A stretch of 64,000 bases of DNA, taken from contig CAMZBI010000008.1 of the NCBI GenBank assembly GCA_947304585.1, positions 2,649 to 66,648 on the forward strand, read 5' to 3'. The number at the start of each line of letters is the position of its first letter. Position 1 is the stretch's first letter. The notes below the pieces were generated by a model that was given only the letters and a program-made list of their open reading frames with translations, made no database searches and was not told the origin of the DNA. Below, piece after piece: positions 39,560 through 51,891 of this stretch. This DNA comes from an uncultured Clostridia bacterium (GTDB taxonomy: Bacteria > Bacillota > Clostridia > UBA1212). Both the position numbers and the translations under genes were made by a program.

Positions 39560-40444
39560 ATGAGCAAGTATTACACAGAGGGGGACACAATAGTCCTCTC
39601 GGAGCAGAACGAGATAATAGTCGAACTGCGGCGGGTGGAGGAGAGCGTGGAGCTTCACAGGCACCGTTTCATAGAGATCGCATACGTGGATTCCGGTGAG
39701 GGAGTCCACGAGATCGCCGGCGGAAGCGTTTCCAGGATCTCAAAAGGAGACCTTGTGCTTTTCAACTCCGGCGTGGCCCACGGTTACCGAGTGGAGCCCC
39801 CCGATTCCCTGGTCATCTACAACTGTCTCTTTGACCCTGCGGTCCTTGACGCCTCCGTGAGTCCCAGCGACGACTTCATCAGGATCGTGTACGACTTTCT
39901 TCTCGAATCTTCACCTGTACCCGGCGAGGAGCAAAAGCCATACATTCTGCTTCGCGGCGCTGAGCCTGTTGCAGGAATCATAAAGGACATGTTCCGGGAA
40001 TACACCGAAAAGCAGAACGGATACGCCAAGATCAACGCCGCCAATCTCACAAGGCTCCTCATCACCGTCTTCCGGCTCAAAAGGAGCACCGCCGAAAGCG
40101 CTTCAGGTGCGTATAAGGGTGCCATTGCCGAAAGTGCGGTCCGCTATATCAAGGAGTTTTACGCTGAGGACATCTCCTGCGAGAAACTTGCCGCCCGTGC
40201 TTTTGTCAGCACCGGGTACTTTCACAAGATCTTCAAGGACGTTACAGGCGAGACACCGGTGGAGTATATCCGGTCTGTAAGACTTACAGAAGCCGCAAGG
40301 CTTTTGCAGGAGACCGGTTGCTCCGTGCGAAACGCCGCGGAGGCCGTCGGTTATTCCGACATGAAATATTTCTACGAGGTCTTCCGGAACAGGTTTGGAT
40401 GTTCGCCGGGGGAATACAAAAAGACCGCCGGTAAAGCGGTCTGA
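39560..40444 (+). CDS. AraC-family transcriptional regulator (cupin sensor + HTH)
   Basis: N-terminal cupin (HRHRFIEIAYVDSGEG), C-terminal AraC HTH (..YFHKIFKDVTGETPVEYIRSVRLTEAARLL..). Confidence 0.8.
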   Translation: MSKYYTEGDTIVLSEQNEIIVELRRVEESVELHRHRFIEIAYVDSGEGVHEIAGGSVSRISKGDLVLFNSGVAHGYRVEPPDSLVIYNCLFDPAVLDASVSPSDDFIRIVYDFLLESSPVPGEEQKPYILLRGAEPVAGIIKDMFREYTEKQNGYAKINAANLTRLLITVFRLKRSTAESASGAYKGAIAESAVRYIKEFYAEDISCEKLAARAFVSTGYFHKIFKDVTGETPVEYIRSVRLTEAARLLQETGCSVRNAAEAVGYSDMKYFYEVFRNRFGCSPGEYKKTAGKAV

Positions 40445-40469
40445 CAGTTCTGACATATTATATTCACGA

Positions 40470-40505
40470 AGATCCGGCGGGCGCTCAACCTCTGCCGGAT
40501 TTTTG
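40470..40505 (+). terminator. rho-independent terminator
   Basis: atccggc(N15)gccggat followed by TTTT, about 25 nt after the AraC stop. Confidence 0.55.
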
Positions 40506-40556
40506 CGAAGGGCCGGTCCATTGGCAAGTGTCCGTTGGCAAAAAAACTTTGGGTCT

Positions 40557-41324
40557 TTACCTTCTCAGCACCAGTTCTTCTATCGTTCTCAGGGCGTCCG
40601 AGGTCACGAAATCTCCCCTGCCCTCTCTTTCTGCGGGGCTTCCGGCCATGGCATATGAGCAACCGGCGGCTTCCAGCATTGTAAAGTCGTTTTCACCGTC
40701 TCCGAAGGCCAGCACTTCGCTCTTTCCGAACATGAATTTCTCCATTATCAAAGACAGAGCAAGGCCCTTGTCGGTTCCGGCGGATACAAATTCACACCAG
40801 TTGCCCCTTCTGTAAACACAGTTCAGGTAGTTTTCCCAGTCGGCAAAGAGATAATCAAAATCCCTCTCCTTGTCCGAGTAAACAGATATCTTGTAAACTT
40901 CGGAAGGTATACCGCCAATGTCACTGATCCGGTTTGTTCTGCCAGCCATGGTTTTTCCCTCCCTGAGGGCCCTTTCCGCGGCATCGCCGGTCACATAGCA
41001 GGCGTCCCGGGTGTAAAAGATCAAAGAGCAGCCGGCGAGGGCCGACTTTTGAAAAGAATCCCAGAACGCCCGGAGTATGTTCTTTTCCACAGGTCTGTCA
41101 ACGATGACCGAGCCTCCGACAGTAACCAAAGCCCCGTCAAGGGATGCGATCACGGTGTTCGACAGGGACTCGGGGAACAAAGAGTAAACGTCGGCAACGG
41201 ACCTCCCCGTGGCAAGCATGGGCAGCACGCCCTTCGCTTTCAGCCCCGCCAGAACATAGTTTCCCCCGGCAGGATCTTTACGGAGGAAAGTATTGTCGAT
41301 GTCCGAACAAACCAACTTGATCAT
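40557..41324 (-). CDS. HAD-family (Cof-type) hydrolase
   Basis: MIKLVCSDIDNTFL (DxDxT motif I) and C-terminal GDGENDFTML (motif IV). Confidence 0.75.
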   Translation of the reverse strand: MIKLVCSDIDNTFLRKDPAGGNYVLAGLKAKGVLPMLATGRSVADVYSLFPESLSNTVIASLDGALVTVGGSVIVDRPVEKNILRAFWDSFQKSALAGCSLIFYTRDACYVTGDAAERALREGKTMAGRTNRISDIGGIPSEVYKISVYSDKERDFDYLFADWENYLNCVYRRGNWCEFVSAGTDKGLALSLIMEKFMFGKSEVLAFGDGENDFTMLEAAGCSYAMAGSPAEREGRGDFVTSDALRTIEELVLRR

Positions 41325-41409
41325 AAAAAGCCTCTTGTCACTCTCCGGGAGCTTTTTTCTCCCGCATTACGGTGTGATTTTACATTAAATAAACCGTTTG
41401 TCAAGCCTG

Positions 41410-43737
41410 TCAGCAGGTCTCGGCGTCAATGGATATCCTGAAATTCTTTATTTGCTTTCCGTCCTTTATGGCGCTGTTCTTCTTCACGGCCCCGGTGACA
41501 ACGGTGTTCTTCAGTCTGTTCAGCACCGCCAGAAGATTTCCGCTGCTTTGGGATTTTACCGTAAAACACCAGAAATAATTGTCGTCCACCTTTGGCAGTC
41601 CGCTTCTTGTGACCTTCATAAGTTCCACCGCCCCGCTGTCTTTTCCGAAGGTCTCTTCGGCGATCTTCCCGGCGGCCTCTCTCAGCGCCAATGCGTTTTC
41701 GTAGACTCCCTTGTCGTCTGCCCCGCTGACGGTCACATTGGCAATGGAGGCAAAGGGCGGGTACTCCAGAGTCTTCCTGTAGTCAAGTTCCAGCTCCGCA
41801 AACCTGTCATAGTCCTGTTCGGAAGCAGTTCTGATAACGGAAGACGAGGGATTCATGGTCTGGAGAACGCATCTGCCCGGCTTTTTCGGGTCTCTTCCCG
41901 CCCTTCCCGTCACCTGGGTAAGAAGCTGGAAAGCCCTCTCTGAGGCGTTGTATTCGCTTATTGCCATAAGGGAATCGGCGTTGACGATGCCCACAAGGGT
42001 CACGTTGGGGAAGTCAAGACCCTTGGCCACCATCTGGGTTCCTATCAGGATCGGGACCTTTTCCTGCTCGAACTTCTCAAGAAGCTTCCTGTGGCCGTCC
42101 GCCATCCTTGTGGTATCGGAATCCATTCGAACCACGGGCACGCCGGGGAAAAGCCTCTCGATCTCGTCCTCCGCAAACTCGGTGCCAAAGGTCCGTCCGC
42201 TAATTCTCGGTGACCCGCAGGCGGGGCAGACTGAAGGCCTCTGCTTTGATGTACCGCAGTAGTGGCAGACAAGTCTTTCGTTGTTTTTGTGGTAAGTCAT
42301 AGGAACGCCGCAGTTTCTGCAGACTATCATTCTTCCGCACCCTGAGCATATGAGCTTTGAACTGTATCCCCGCCTTGGCAAAAAGATGATGGACTGCTCG
42401 CCCCGCTCTATGTTCTTTTTGATCTCAGACGCCAATGTAAGCGACACCGGCGAGTTGTTCCCCGAGGCCGCCTCCTTTTTCATGTCCACGATTATGACCT
42501 CAGGCATACTTTGGGCAAAGGCCCTCTCCCTGAGGAAAGCGTAGCCGATCTCCCCGGAAACCGCTCTGTGAAATGTCGTGACCCTCGGAGTCGCCGAGCC
42601 GTACACCAGAAGGCCCTTTTCCTGCAGCAGCCTCATGGCGGCCACCTCTCCTGCGTGGTAATAAGGTCTCGCGTCAAAAGACTTGAACGAAGGCTCCTGC
42701 TCCTCGTCAAGAATGATCAGTTTAAGGTTTCTGACAGGCGCAAACACCGCAGATCTGACGCCCAGAACTATCCTTGCCTCGCCCTTTTCGATACGGGCGT
42801 ACTCCTCGGCTCTTTTTTTGTCCGTCATCCTGCTGTGGAGCACCGCAACGCCCTCGCCAAAGGCTTTTCTGACCCTCTTTATCATCTGCTCCGTGAGCAC
42901 TATCTCCGGTACCAGAAGAATGGCTCCGAAGCCCTTCTCAAGGGCCTGCCCCATGAGCTTAAAGTACACTTCGGTCTTTCCGCTGCCTGTGACGCCCCTC
43001 AGGAGAAATTCCGAAAATTTGCCCGAAAAAAGAAGTTCCGAAAGTCTGTCGAAAGCCTCCTGTTGGCCTTTGTTCAGCACGACCTCGGGTCTTGTTGAAG
43101 ACGGCTCCTGTATGCCTTCGGGGTTTCCGGCCGCCGTCCCCGTCTCTGACTCAATGTTCTCTCCGTCGAACCTATCAACTATACCGTCGTCCCGCAGCCT
43201 TTTTATTGCCCCCTGAGATATCTCGCATACCGTGATAAGTGTTTTTTCCGGAACCCCCTCCGGGTTCTCCGAGAGCATTTTTACCGCCGAGAAGGCTCCT
43301 TCCTTTACGCTTTTCCTGTTCTTCAGATAATCCAGGGCTTCTTCGGCGCTCACTTTGAGTCTTACCGCTTTTACCGTTTTCGGGCTGACCTCACGGGTCT
43401 TGATCATCATAAGTCTGCAAGCTTCTGCTGTTCCGCAGACGTATCTTTCCGCCATCATGTCGCAGAGTTCAAGCTGCTTTTCATCAAGGGGTCTGTAAGC
43501 ATTATTAATTGCACCGATCGGTTTCAGCGGCATACTTTTCCCGCCCACTTGCACATGGTCATCGCCTTCTTCAAGCCCCACGATCAGACCGAGGGACTTT
43601 GGCGAGTTTCCGAAGGGCACATCAACAAATACACCCACATGCGCATCCCCTCTCATCTCGTCGGGGACAATGTAGGTGTATTCTATGTCGAAGCTGCTGT
43701 TTGAACGTATTATCCGGATCTTTGCGTTCACAAACAC
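41410..43737 (-). CDS. priA: primosomal protein N' (PriA helicase)
   Basis: Walker A GVTGSGKTEVY, DEEQ box, Cys4 zinc fingers (CSGCG..CRNCG..CHYCG..CPACG). 775 aa. Confidence 0.9.
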   Translation of the reverse strand: MFVNAKIRIIRSNSSFDIEYTYIVPDEMRGDAHVGVFVDVPFGNSPKSLGLIVGLEEGDDHVQVGGKSMPLKPIGAINNAYRPLDEKQLELCDMMAERYVCGTAEACRLMMIKTREVSPKTVKAVRLKVSAEEALDYLKNRKSVKEGAFSAVKMLSENPEGVPEKTLITVCEISQGAIKRLRDDGIVDRFDGENIESETGTAAGNPEGIQEPSSTRPEVVLNKGQQEAFDRLSELLFSGKFSEFLLRGVTGSGKTEVYFKLMGQALEKGFGAILLVPEIVLTEQMIKRVRKAFGEGVAVLHSRMTDKKRAEEYARIEKGEARIVLGVRSAVFAPVRNLKLIILDEEQEPSFKSFDARPYYHAGEVAAMRLLQEKGLLVYGSATPRVTTFHRAVSGEIGYAFLRERAFAQSMPEVIIVDMKKEAASGNNSPVSLTLASEIKKNIERGEQSIIFLPRRGYSSKLICSGCGRMIVCRNCGVPMTYHKNNERLVCHYCGTSKQRPSVCPACGSPRISGRTFGTEFAEDEIERLFPGVPVVRMDSDTTRMADGHRKLLEKFEQEKVPILIGTQMVAKGLDFPNVTLVGIVNADSLMAISEYNASERAFQLLTQVTGRAGRDPKKPGRCVLQTMNPSSSVIRTASEQDYDRFAELELDYRKTLEYPPFASIANVTVSGADDKGVYENALALREAAGKIAEETFGKDSGAVELMKVTRSGLPKVDDNYFWCFTVKSQSSGNLLAVLNRLKNTVVTGAVKKNSAIKDGKQIKNFRISIDAETC

Positions 43738-43828
43738 CTCTCGGTCAGGTCGTTCGGGCTCACTGTCTGCCCCTATGCGCCGGAAGCCATTGGCGTCTTT
43801 CCGTCCGCGTTCAGGTCGCCAAGGCAGG

Positions 43829-44230
43829 TCAGATATACTTTTTAATATAGTCCGGCACGCTGTTTTCGTCGCCGTTTATACTGATGAAGAAGTTGAGTTC
43901 GTTGTCCTTCTCGAAGAGTTCAAGTCCTTTGAAGAAGGATTCCAGCCCTTTTTCGCCAACGATATAATTCAGTCCGTCGATAAAAATCGTTTCTATGTCG
44001 TAGTTCTGGGACGCGATCCCGCAGATAAATCCCAGAAAAGCCTCGGTTCCTTTCACGGGGTAATCCATGACGTTGACGAATCTGATCTCCCGGGCCAGCT
44101 TCATCAGCTGATCGTTGCTGTCGTCGATGTAAACAACGTTTCCCTTTGCCTCGACAACTATCTCATTCGCGTTCTCGAGCATGTGTTTCGTCTTACCGGT
44201 GCCTTTTTTCCCATAAAAAACTTTTATCAT
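43829..44230 (-). CDS. small P-loop NTPase, unknown function
   Basis: Start ATG 44230 (MIKVFYGKKGTGKTKHM, Walker A). The upstream part of the listed ORF is trimmed; it has no RBS. Confidence 0.4.
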   Translation of the reverse strand: MIKVFYGKKGTGKTKHMLENANEIVVEAKGNVVYIDDSNDQLMKLAREIRFVNVMDYPVKGTEAFLGFICGIASQNYDIETIFIDGLNYIVGEKGLESFFKGLELFEKDNELNFFISINGDENSVPDYIKKYI

Positions 44231-44424
44231 TATTAGAAAACCTCCGCTGGAGTGATGGCTTTTGACCTCAACATTATGATACCATCCGGCCGCCCCTTTG
44301 TCAATCGCCAACGCCTCCGGAAACCGCCGATCTGTTTTTTGACAGAGGCCTTGGCAAGTTGTAAAATAGCCCTGTAAATGCGGCAAAACTGCCGTAAAAC
44401 GGTATTTTGGGGGAGCTTTTGCCA

Positions 44425-45315
44425 ATGAAACTTCAGGAGATACATCTTCGTGATCCTTTCGTGTTTGCCGAAGATGGGGTCTATTACCTCTACGGGACCC
44501 GCCGGGGACCTCTTACCAAGGTCATACCCTGGAGGGGCCTTGACGTCTACACTTCAACGGATCTTTTGGACTGGGCGGGGCCTTTCGAGTGTTTTACAAG
44601 GCCTGAGGATTTCTGGGCCGACAGGGACTTCTTTGCACCGGAGGTGCACAAATACGACGGCTTTTATTACATGTTTGCAAGTTTCAGGAGCGAAAACAGA
44701 CTCCGCTGCTCCCAGATTTTGAGAAGCTGCAGTCCTTTGGGACCTTTTCTGCCCTTTACGGAGGGGCCGCTGACGCCAGAGGGCTGGGCATGCCTTGACG
44801 CCACGTTTTACGTTGACGCTTCCGGCACCCCCTGGACCGCCTTCTGCCACGAATGGACTCAGATCGGCAACGGCACCATAGACATAATGCCCCTGTCAAA
44901 GGACCTCACCAAGGCCGTCGGGGAACCGCAGGTCATAATAAAAGCAGGAGACGTGCCCTGGGCCTACTCTCTGATCGATTCTTCCGGCAATAATTTTGTC
45001 ACCGACGGTCCCTTCTTTAGAAAAGTCAGGGACGGAAAGCTTTATCTCCTCTGGTCGAGTTTTCACGCAGGCCCCCAGTACTGGTACGTGCAGGCCTTTG
45101 CGGTTAGCGACTCCGGGGATATCCGGGGACCCTGGCGTCACGGAGACAGATTCATATATGACGAAGACGGAGGCCACGGGATGATATTCGATGGGTTTGA
45201 CGGAAAGACTTATCTCATTCTTCACAGCACCAACGTGAACCCCAACGAGAGGCCAAGGCTTTTCCGGGTGGAGGAGACGGAAGACGGTTTCGAGATAAGG
45301 GAGAGGATCGGATGA
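44425..45315 (+). CDS. GH43-family glycoside hydrolase (beta-xylosidase/arabinanase-like)
   Basis: MKLQEIHLRDPFVFAEDGVYYLYGT.. with the catalytic Asp in the RDPF motif and a 5-bladed propeller pattern. RBS GGGGGAG. Confidence 0.7.
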   Translation: MKLQEIHLRDPFVFAEDGVYYLYGTRRGPLTKVIPWRGLDVYTSTDLLDWAGPFECFTRPEDFWADRDFFAPEVHKYDGFYYMFASFRSENRLRCSQILRSCSPLGPFLPFTEGPLTPEGWACLDATFYVDASGTPWTAFCHEWTQIGNGTIDIMPLSKDLTKAVGEPQVIIKAGDVPWAYSLIDSSGNNFVTDGPFFRKVRDGKLYLLWSSFHAGPQYWYVQAFAVSDSGDIRGPWRHGDRFIYDEDGGHGMIFDGFDGKTYLILHSTNVNPNERPRLFRVEETEDGFEIRERIG

Positions 45316-45344
45316 CCGCCTTTTAAAAGACATCCCTTCACGGG

Positions 45345-45388
45345 CAAAAAAAACCGCCGTTCCGGCTTTTGGGAGCGGCGGTTTTTGC
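45345..45388. terminator. bidirectional rho-independent terminator
   Basis: aaaaaaaaCCGCCGttccggcttttgggagCGGCGGttttt lies between the convergent GH43 (+) and ABC ATPase (-) genes. Confidence 0.7.
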
Positions 45389-45405
45389 ATTGGCAATTAT
45401 ATGCG

Positions 45406-46518
45406 TCAGTTTGTGATGATGTTCTCGGTGTCCTTGTCGAAAATGTGGACCTTCTCAGCGTTAATGGCAAACTTCTGAAGGTCGCCGACGTAAACGTTAT
45501 GTCTCGGCTTGATTCTGGATACGAAGTTCGTTCCCTCAAGTGTGAAATAGAGAAGCGACTCGGAACCAAGGAGCTCCACAACGTCGATGGGCGCTTCGAT
45601 GACGCAATCGCTGAACTGTTCGATGTAAACAGGCTCATCGTGGATGTGCTCAGGTCTGATGCCCATAACGACTTCTTTGTCAACATAACCAAAGTGCTCA
45701 AGAACTTCAGCTTTTCTCTGAGGAAGTTTTACTGTCCATCTTCCAAGTCTCAGGAGAATATCGGAGCCTGACTTTTCAACTCTTACGATGGCGAAGTTCA
45801 TCTGAGGCGATCCGATAAATCCGGCAACGAACATATTGACCGGTTTCTCGTAAAGAACCTGAGGTGACTCGACCTGCTGGATGTAGCCGTCTTTCATAAC
45901 GACGATCCTGGAACCCATGGTCATAGCTTCTGTCTGGTCGTGGGTAACGTAGATGATGGTGGTCTGGAGTCTCTGGTGGAGCTTAATGATCTCCGTTCTC
46001 ATGGAAGCACGGAGTTTAGCATCCAGGTTTGAAAGAGGCTCGTCCATGAGGAATACCTTAGGTTCGCGGACGATGGCACGTCCGAGAGCGACTCTCTGTC
46101 TCTGACCGCCGGACAAAGCCTTGATCGAACGGTCAAGCAGCTGCTCGATCTCGAGTATTCTGGCAGCTTCCTGCACCCTCTTTTTGATCTCGCCCTTCGG
46201 AGTCTTTCTGAGCTTCAGGCCGAAAGCCATGTTCTCAAAAACCGTCATGTGGGGATACAGAGCGTAGTTCTGGAAAACCATCGCGATGTCTCTGTCCTTA
46301 GGAGCGATGTCATTAACAAGTTTTCCGTCAATGAGCAGTTCGCCCGAGGTGATCTCCTCAAGACCTGCAATCATTCTCAGGGTGGTGGATTTTCCGCAGC
46401 CGGAAGGTCCAACAAGAACGATAAACTCTTTATCCTGAACGTCAAGGTTAAAATCGTTAACGGCTGTAACACCGCCGGGGTACTTCTTGTAAATGTTTTT
46501 CAGCTTTAAGCTAGCCAT
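45406..46518 (-). CDS. sugar ABC transporter ATP-binding protein (MsmX/MalK-type)
   Basis: Walker A GPSGCGKST, LSGGQRQR, Walker B, C-terminal MalK-like TOBE domain. 370 aa. Confidence 0.85.
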   Translation of the reverse strand: MASLKLKNIYKKYPGGVTAVNDFNLDVQDKEFIVLVGPSGCGKSTTLRMIAGLEEITSGELLIDGKLVNDIAPKDRDIAMVFQNYALYPHMTVFENMAFGLKLRKTPKGEIKKRVQEAARILEIEQLLDRSIKALSGGQRQRVALGRAIVREPKVFLMDEPLSNLDAKLRASMRTEIIKLHQRLQTTIIYVTHDQTEAMTMGSRIVVMKDGYIQQVESPQVLYEKPVNMFVAGFIGSPQMNFAIVRVEKSGSDILLRLGRWTVKLPQRKAEVLEHFGYVDKEVVMGIRPEHIHDEPVYIEQFSDCVIEAPIDVVELLGSESLLYFTLEGTNFVSRIKPRHNVYVGDLQKFAINAEKVHIFDKDTENIITN

Positions 46519-46567
46519 CTGTCATTCCTCCAAATAAACTAAGCCACACATGAAATGCGCTGCCGAT

Positions 46568-46595
46568 ATTATAACAGTATTTTCCCAAAATGCAA
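46568..46595 (-). promoter_or_regulatory. promoter of the MsmX-like gene (TTGCAT-16-TATAAT)
   Basis: Minus-strand reading gives TTTGCAttttgggaaaatactgtTATAATatcgg, about 45 nt upstream of the ATG. Confidence 0.55.
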
Positions 46596-46663
46596 AGTAA
46601 AATTTTCAGCCCTTTTCAAGCATCTTTTTTGGTTACTATGCACAGTTTTTGCGGCTGCGCAGC

Positions 46664-46840
46664 AGTGATGCGACTTCGTACAGTTAACAGTGATGAGTGA
46701 ACAATTAACAGTTGAGGTGCGGCTTCGGTGCGATTGCCGGTGCGCCTGCGGCTTCAGCGACTGCATCGCAGTGATCAGTGAGCAGTGATCAGTTAACAGT
46801 GAGCAGTAAACAGTGGGCAGTGATTAGTTAACAGTTTCGG
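46664..46840 (+). repeat. heptamer tandem repeats (5 units 46682-46716, 10 units 46771-46840) flanking a GC-rich imperfect-hairpin segment
   Basis: AGTTAAC AGTGATG AGTGAAC AATTAAC AGTTGAG ... AGTGATC AGTGAGC AGTGATC AGTTAAC AGTGAGC AGTAAAC AGTGGGC AGTGATT AGTTAAC AGTTTCG. The central segment gtgcggcttcggtgcgattgccggtgcgcctgcggcttcagcgactgcatcgc resembles the 36122-36234 hairpins. Confidence 0.8.
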
Positions 46841-46862
46841 TAAAAAGATAATTGTTTTGAAG

Positions 46863-49900
<3,038 letters not shown>

Positions 49901-50063
49901 AAAACCTCCGATTATCAAATTGCGCCAACAATAACGCCAATGCAATTATACCACCTGATTTTGAACCTTTTCAAGGAAAAACCCGTTTCCCGAGCCTTCA
50001 AACGACCTGCTCCGAGGGCTATACTGCTTCAGCTCAGGCTTCAGGTCGGCGCCGGATAAACAC

Positions 50064-50092
50064 TTTACTTTTGCCGCAAAAAATGGTATATT
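50064..50092 (+). promoter_or_regulatory. promoter of the tmRNA gene (TTTACT-17-TGgTATATT)
   Basis: cacTTTACTtttgccgcaaaaaatggTATATTatcgg, about 13 nt upstream of the mature 5' end. Confidence 0.55.
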
Positions 50093-50105
50093 ATCGGTCC
50101 GCCAA

Positions 50106-50490
50106 GGGGATGTTCCGGTTTCGACGGGGTCGCCAATGGTCGGATAGCGAGTAGAGGGTTCCGTTGGCCTCTTTAAAAAGCGGAAAATCTAAATTTAAAC
50201 GCAAACGATAATTTTGCACTTCAGGCTGCTTAATCGCAGCTTGCGCCGCCCCGCGGGTTACCCAAGCCTTCGGCAAGCGGTGTCAGCAATTTGGGCCCTG
50301 CGGGTTTAAGGGTCAACTCCGCCAACCACATTTGCAAAGCTTTGAGCAGGTGCGGATCCTATGAAGCTACCCGGGAGATGAGCCCGCCGTTTGGCGCTTA
50401 GTCCGGGGAAATTCAAACATACGGCTACACTCGTAGAAGTCAGGCTTGAGACGGTTTCGGACAGGAGTTCGACTCTCCTCATCTCCACCA
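50106..50490 (+). ncRNA. ssrA: tmRNA (SsrA), tag peptide ANDNFALQAA
   Basis: 5' GGGGATGTTCCGGTTTCGACGGGG..., 3' ..GGACAGGAGTTCGACTCTCCTCATCTCCACCA (tRNA-like T-arm and acceptor). Internal ORF GCAAACGATAATTTTGCACTTCAGGCTGCTTAA. Confidence 0.85.
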
Positions 50491-50838
50491 TATTTGGGAA
50501 AACAACTTTGATGCGGAAGTGTCAAGGTTGTTTTTTTTTTCGCAGAAACGGCAAAAACCGAAGCATCCGTCTGAGTTTATTATAATCCTTTGCTTGCGAA
50601 CAGGATAAACAACAACGAGGCAATCCCTCCTGCGGCAATCCCTGCAAGCTCACTTCTTGAAATGAAGGCCAACACTCCGGAAACACTTGCGGAAAGAGCG
50701 CCGAAAATCTGGGCCTTGACAAACGCGTTACCGATAATTTCAAAGAATGACCTTACTGAAATATCTGCAGTTCCGTTTTTATTTGATTTGTCAAACGCTT
50801 TGTGATACGATTCAATCGACCGGGAGGTGTATAATAAA

Positions 50839-51738
50839 ATGAAAAATATGAGGATCCCTTTACTGACTGTTTTGGGGGTTGCTGTTATTGGCATTATTCT
50901 CGGATCGTTTTTCGATCTGAAGATTTCCGAGGCCATTGCTTCCGCCGACAGCGCAATAGGATTGGCGATTTCGGCAATAGGTCCGACGATAGGTTTTGCC
51001 GGCGTTGCCGTGATGGGCGGAGGTTTTATCCGCTTTGCGCTTAAAGGCGATTATAAGATTTGGCAAAAGATCCTGTTCTGGGTCTTGGCACTGGCCTGTT
51101 TCGGGGTGTCGATATACTATCCTGCGGGTGAATATTTCGGCATCAACGGTTTTTACGGAGCTGCTCCCCAGTGGGCCGGTTACCTAGTCGTGTTATTGCC
51201 GGAAGCCGGCGCAGTGGTACTTGGCTACTTCCTCTTCAAGAACTGCGAATACAAAAAAATGTGGATCATATTCGTGATCACGATAGTGCTGCTGGTCGTC
51301 GCTTTGCTGGGCATCATTCCGACGCTCAAGGACATTGTCCACAGGCCCCGTTTCAGGCTCATAGAGGCCACCGGCGTTGAATTCCACAACTGGTGGGAGC
51401 CCTGCAAGAACTATAAGGATCTGATCTCGCTTTACGAAACTTCAAGCGACAACTTCAAGTCATATCCAAGCGGGCACACCGCCGAAGCCGCAATTTTGCT
51501 GGTCACAACACTGTTCCTGCCTCTGGCCGGTGCAAGTTTCAAGAAATTTCAGCGGCCGCTGTTCATTGCGAGCTGCTGTCTGATCGTTACGGTGGCTATT
51601 GCAAGGATCTTAGCCGCCGCTCACTTTCTCAGTGACGTTTCGACAGGCGCAGCAGTCATGGTCTTTCTCCTGTTGATCGCCAATGAAATAGTGATCAGAG
51701 TCAAATCGCTTCACCCGGAAAAAGACCGCAAAGAGTGA
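50839..51738 (+). CDS. PAP2-family membrane phosphatase
   Basis: PAP2 motifs KDIVHRPRFRL, SYPSGHTAEA, AAHFLSDVSTG. Multiple TM segments. ATG 50839 follows RBS GGGAGG. Confidence 0.7.
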   Translation: MKNMRIPLLTVLGVAVIGIILGSFFDLKISEAIASADSAIGLAISAIGPTIGFAGVAVMGGGFIRFALKGDYKIWQKILFWVLALACFGVSIYYPAGEYFGINGFYGAAPQWAGYLVVLLPEAGAVVLGYFLFKNCEYKKMWIIFVITIVLLVVALLGIIPTLKDIVHRPRFRLIEATGVEFHNWWEPCKNYKDLISLYETSSDNFKSYPSGHTAEAAILLVTTLFLPLAGASFKKFQRPLFIASCCLIVTVAIARILAAAHFLSDVSTGAAVMVFLLLIANEIVIRVKSLHPEKDRKE

Positions 51739-51794
51739 CGGGTGAGTATTGGCCAACGTTCGTGCCAATACATAAGTTTATCTCAAAATAAAAC

Positions 51795-51848
51795 AACGGG
51801 CTGTTAAAACCGGCATTTTGTACGGTTTTGACAGCCCCTGTTTTTTCT
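51795..51848. terminator. rho-independent terminator (bidirectional-capable)
   Basis: gggctgt(N26)acagccc followed by TTTTTTC and preceded by an A-rich run. Confidence 0.55.
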
Positions 51849-51891
51849 ATCTGTAAAATACCGGGCAAGGCTGCCCGCCGCGAAGAAGTGC

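Noticed and set aside
27243-46840. Heptamer arrays as CRISPR or RSS-like signals
   Set aside because: The period is 7 bp with no spacers, and no cas genes are nearby. The resemblance to the V(D)J heptamer CACAGTG is partial and most likely coincidental.
50091-50491. ORFs 50091..50276 and 50306..50491 (minus strand)
   Set aside because: They lie inside the tmRNA gene. The tmRNA termini and tag reading frame are unambiguous.
50580-50936. 118-aa minus-strand ORF ending in a hydrophobic segment
   Set aside because: It overlaps the PAP2 gene start and RBS. It has no in-frame start with an RBS outside the overlap. A tiny unannotated membrane peptide cannot be fully excluded.
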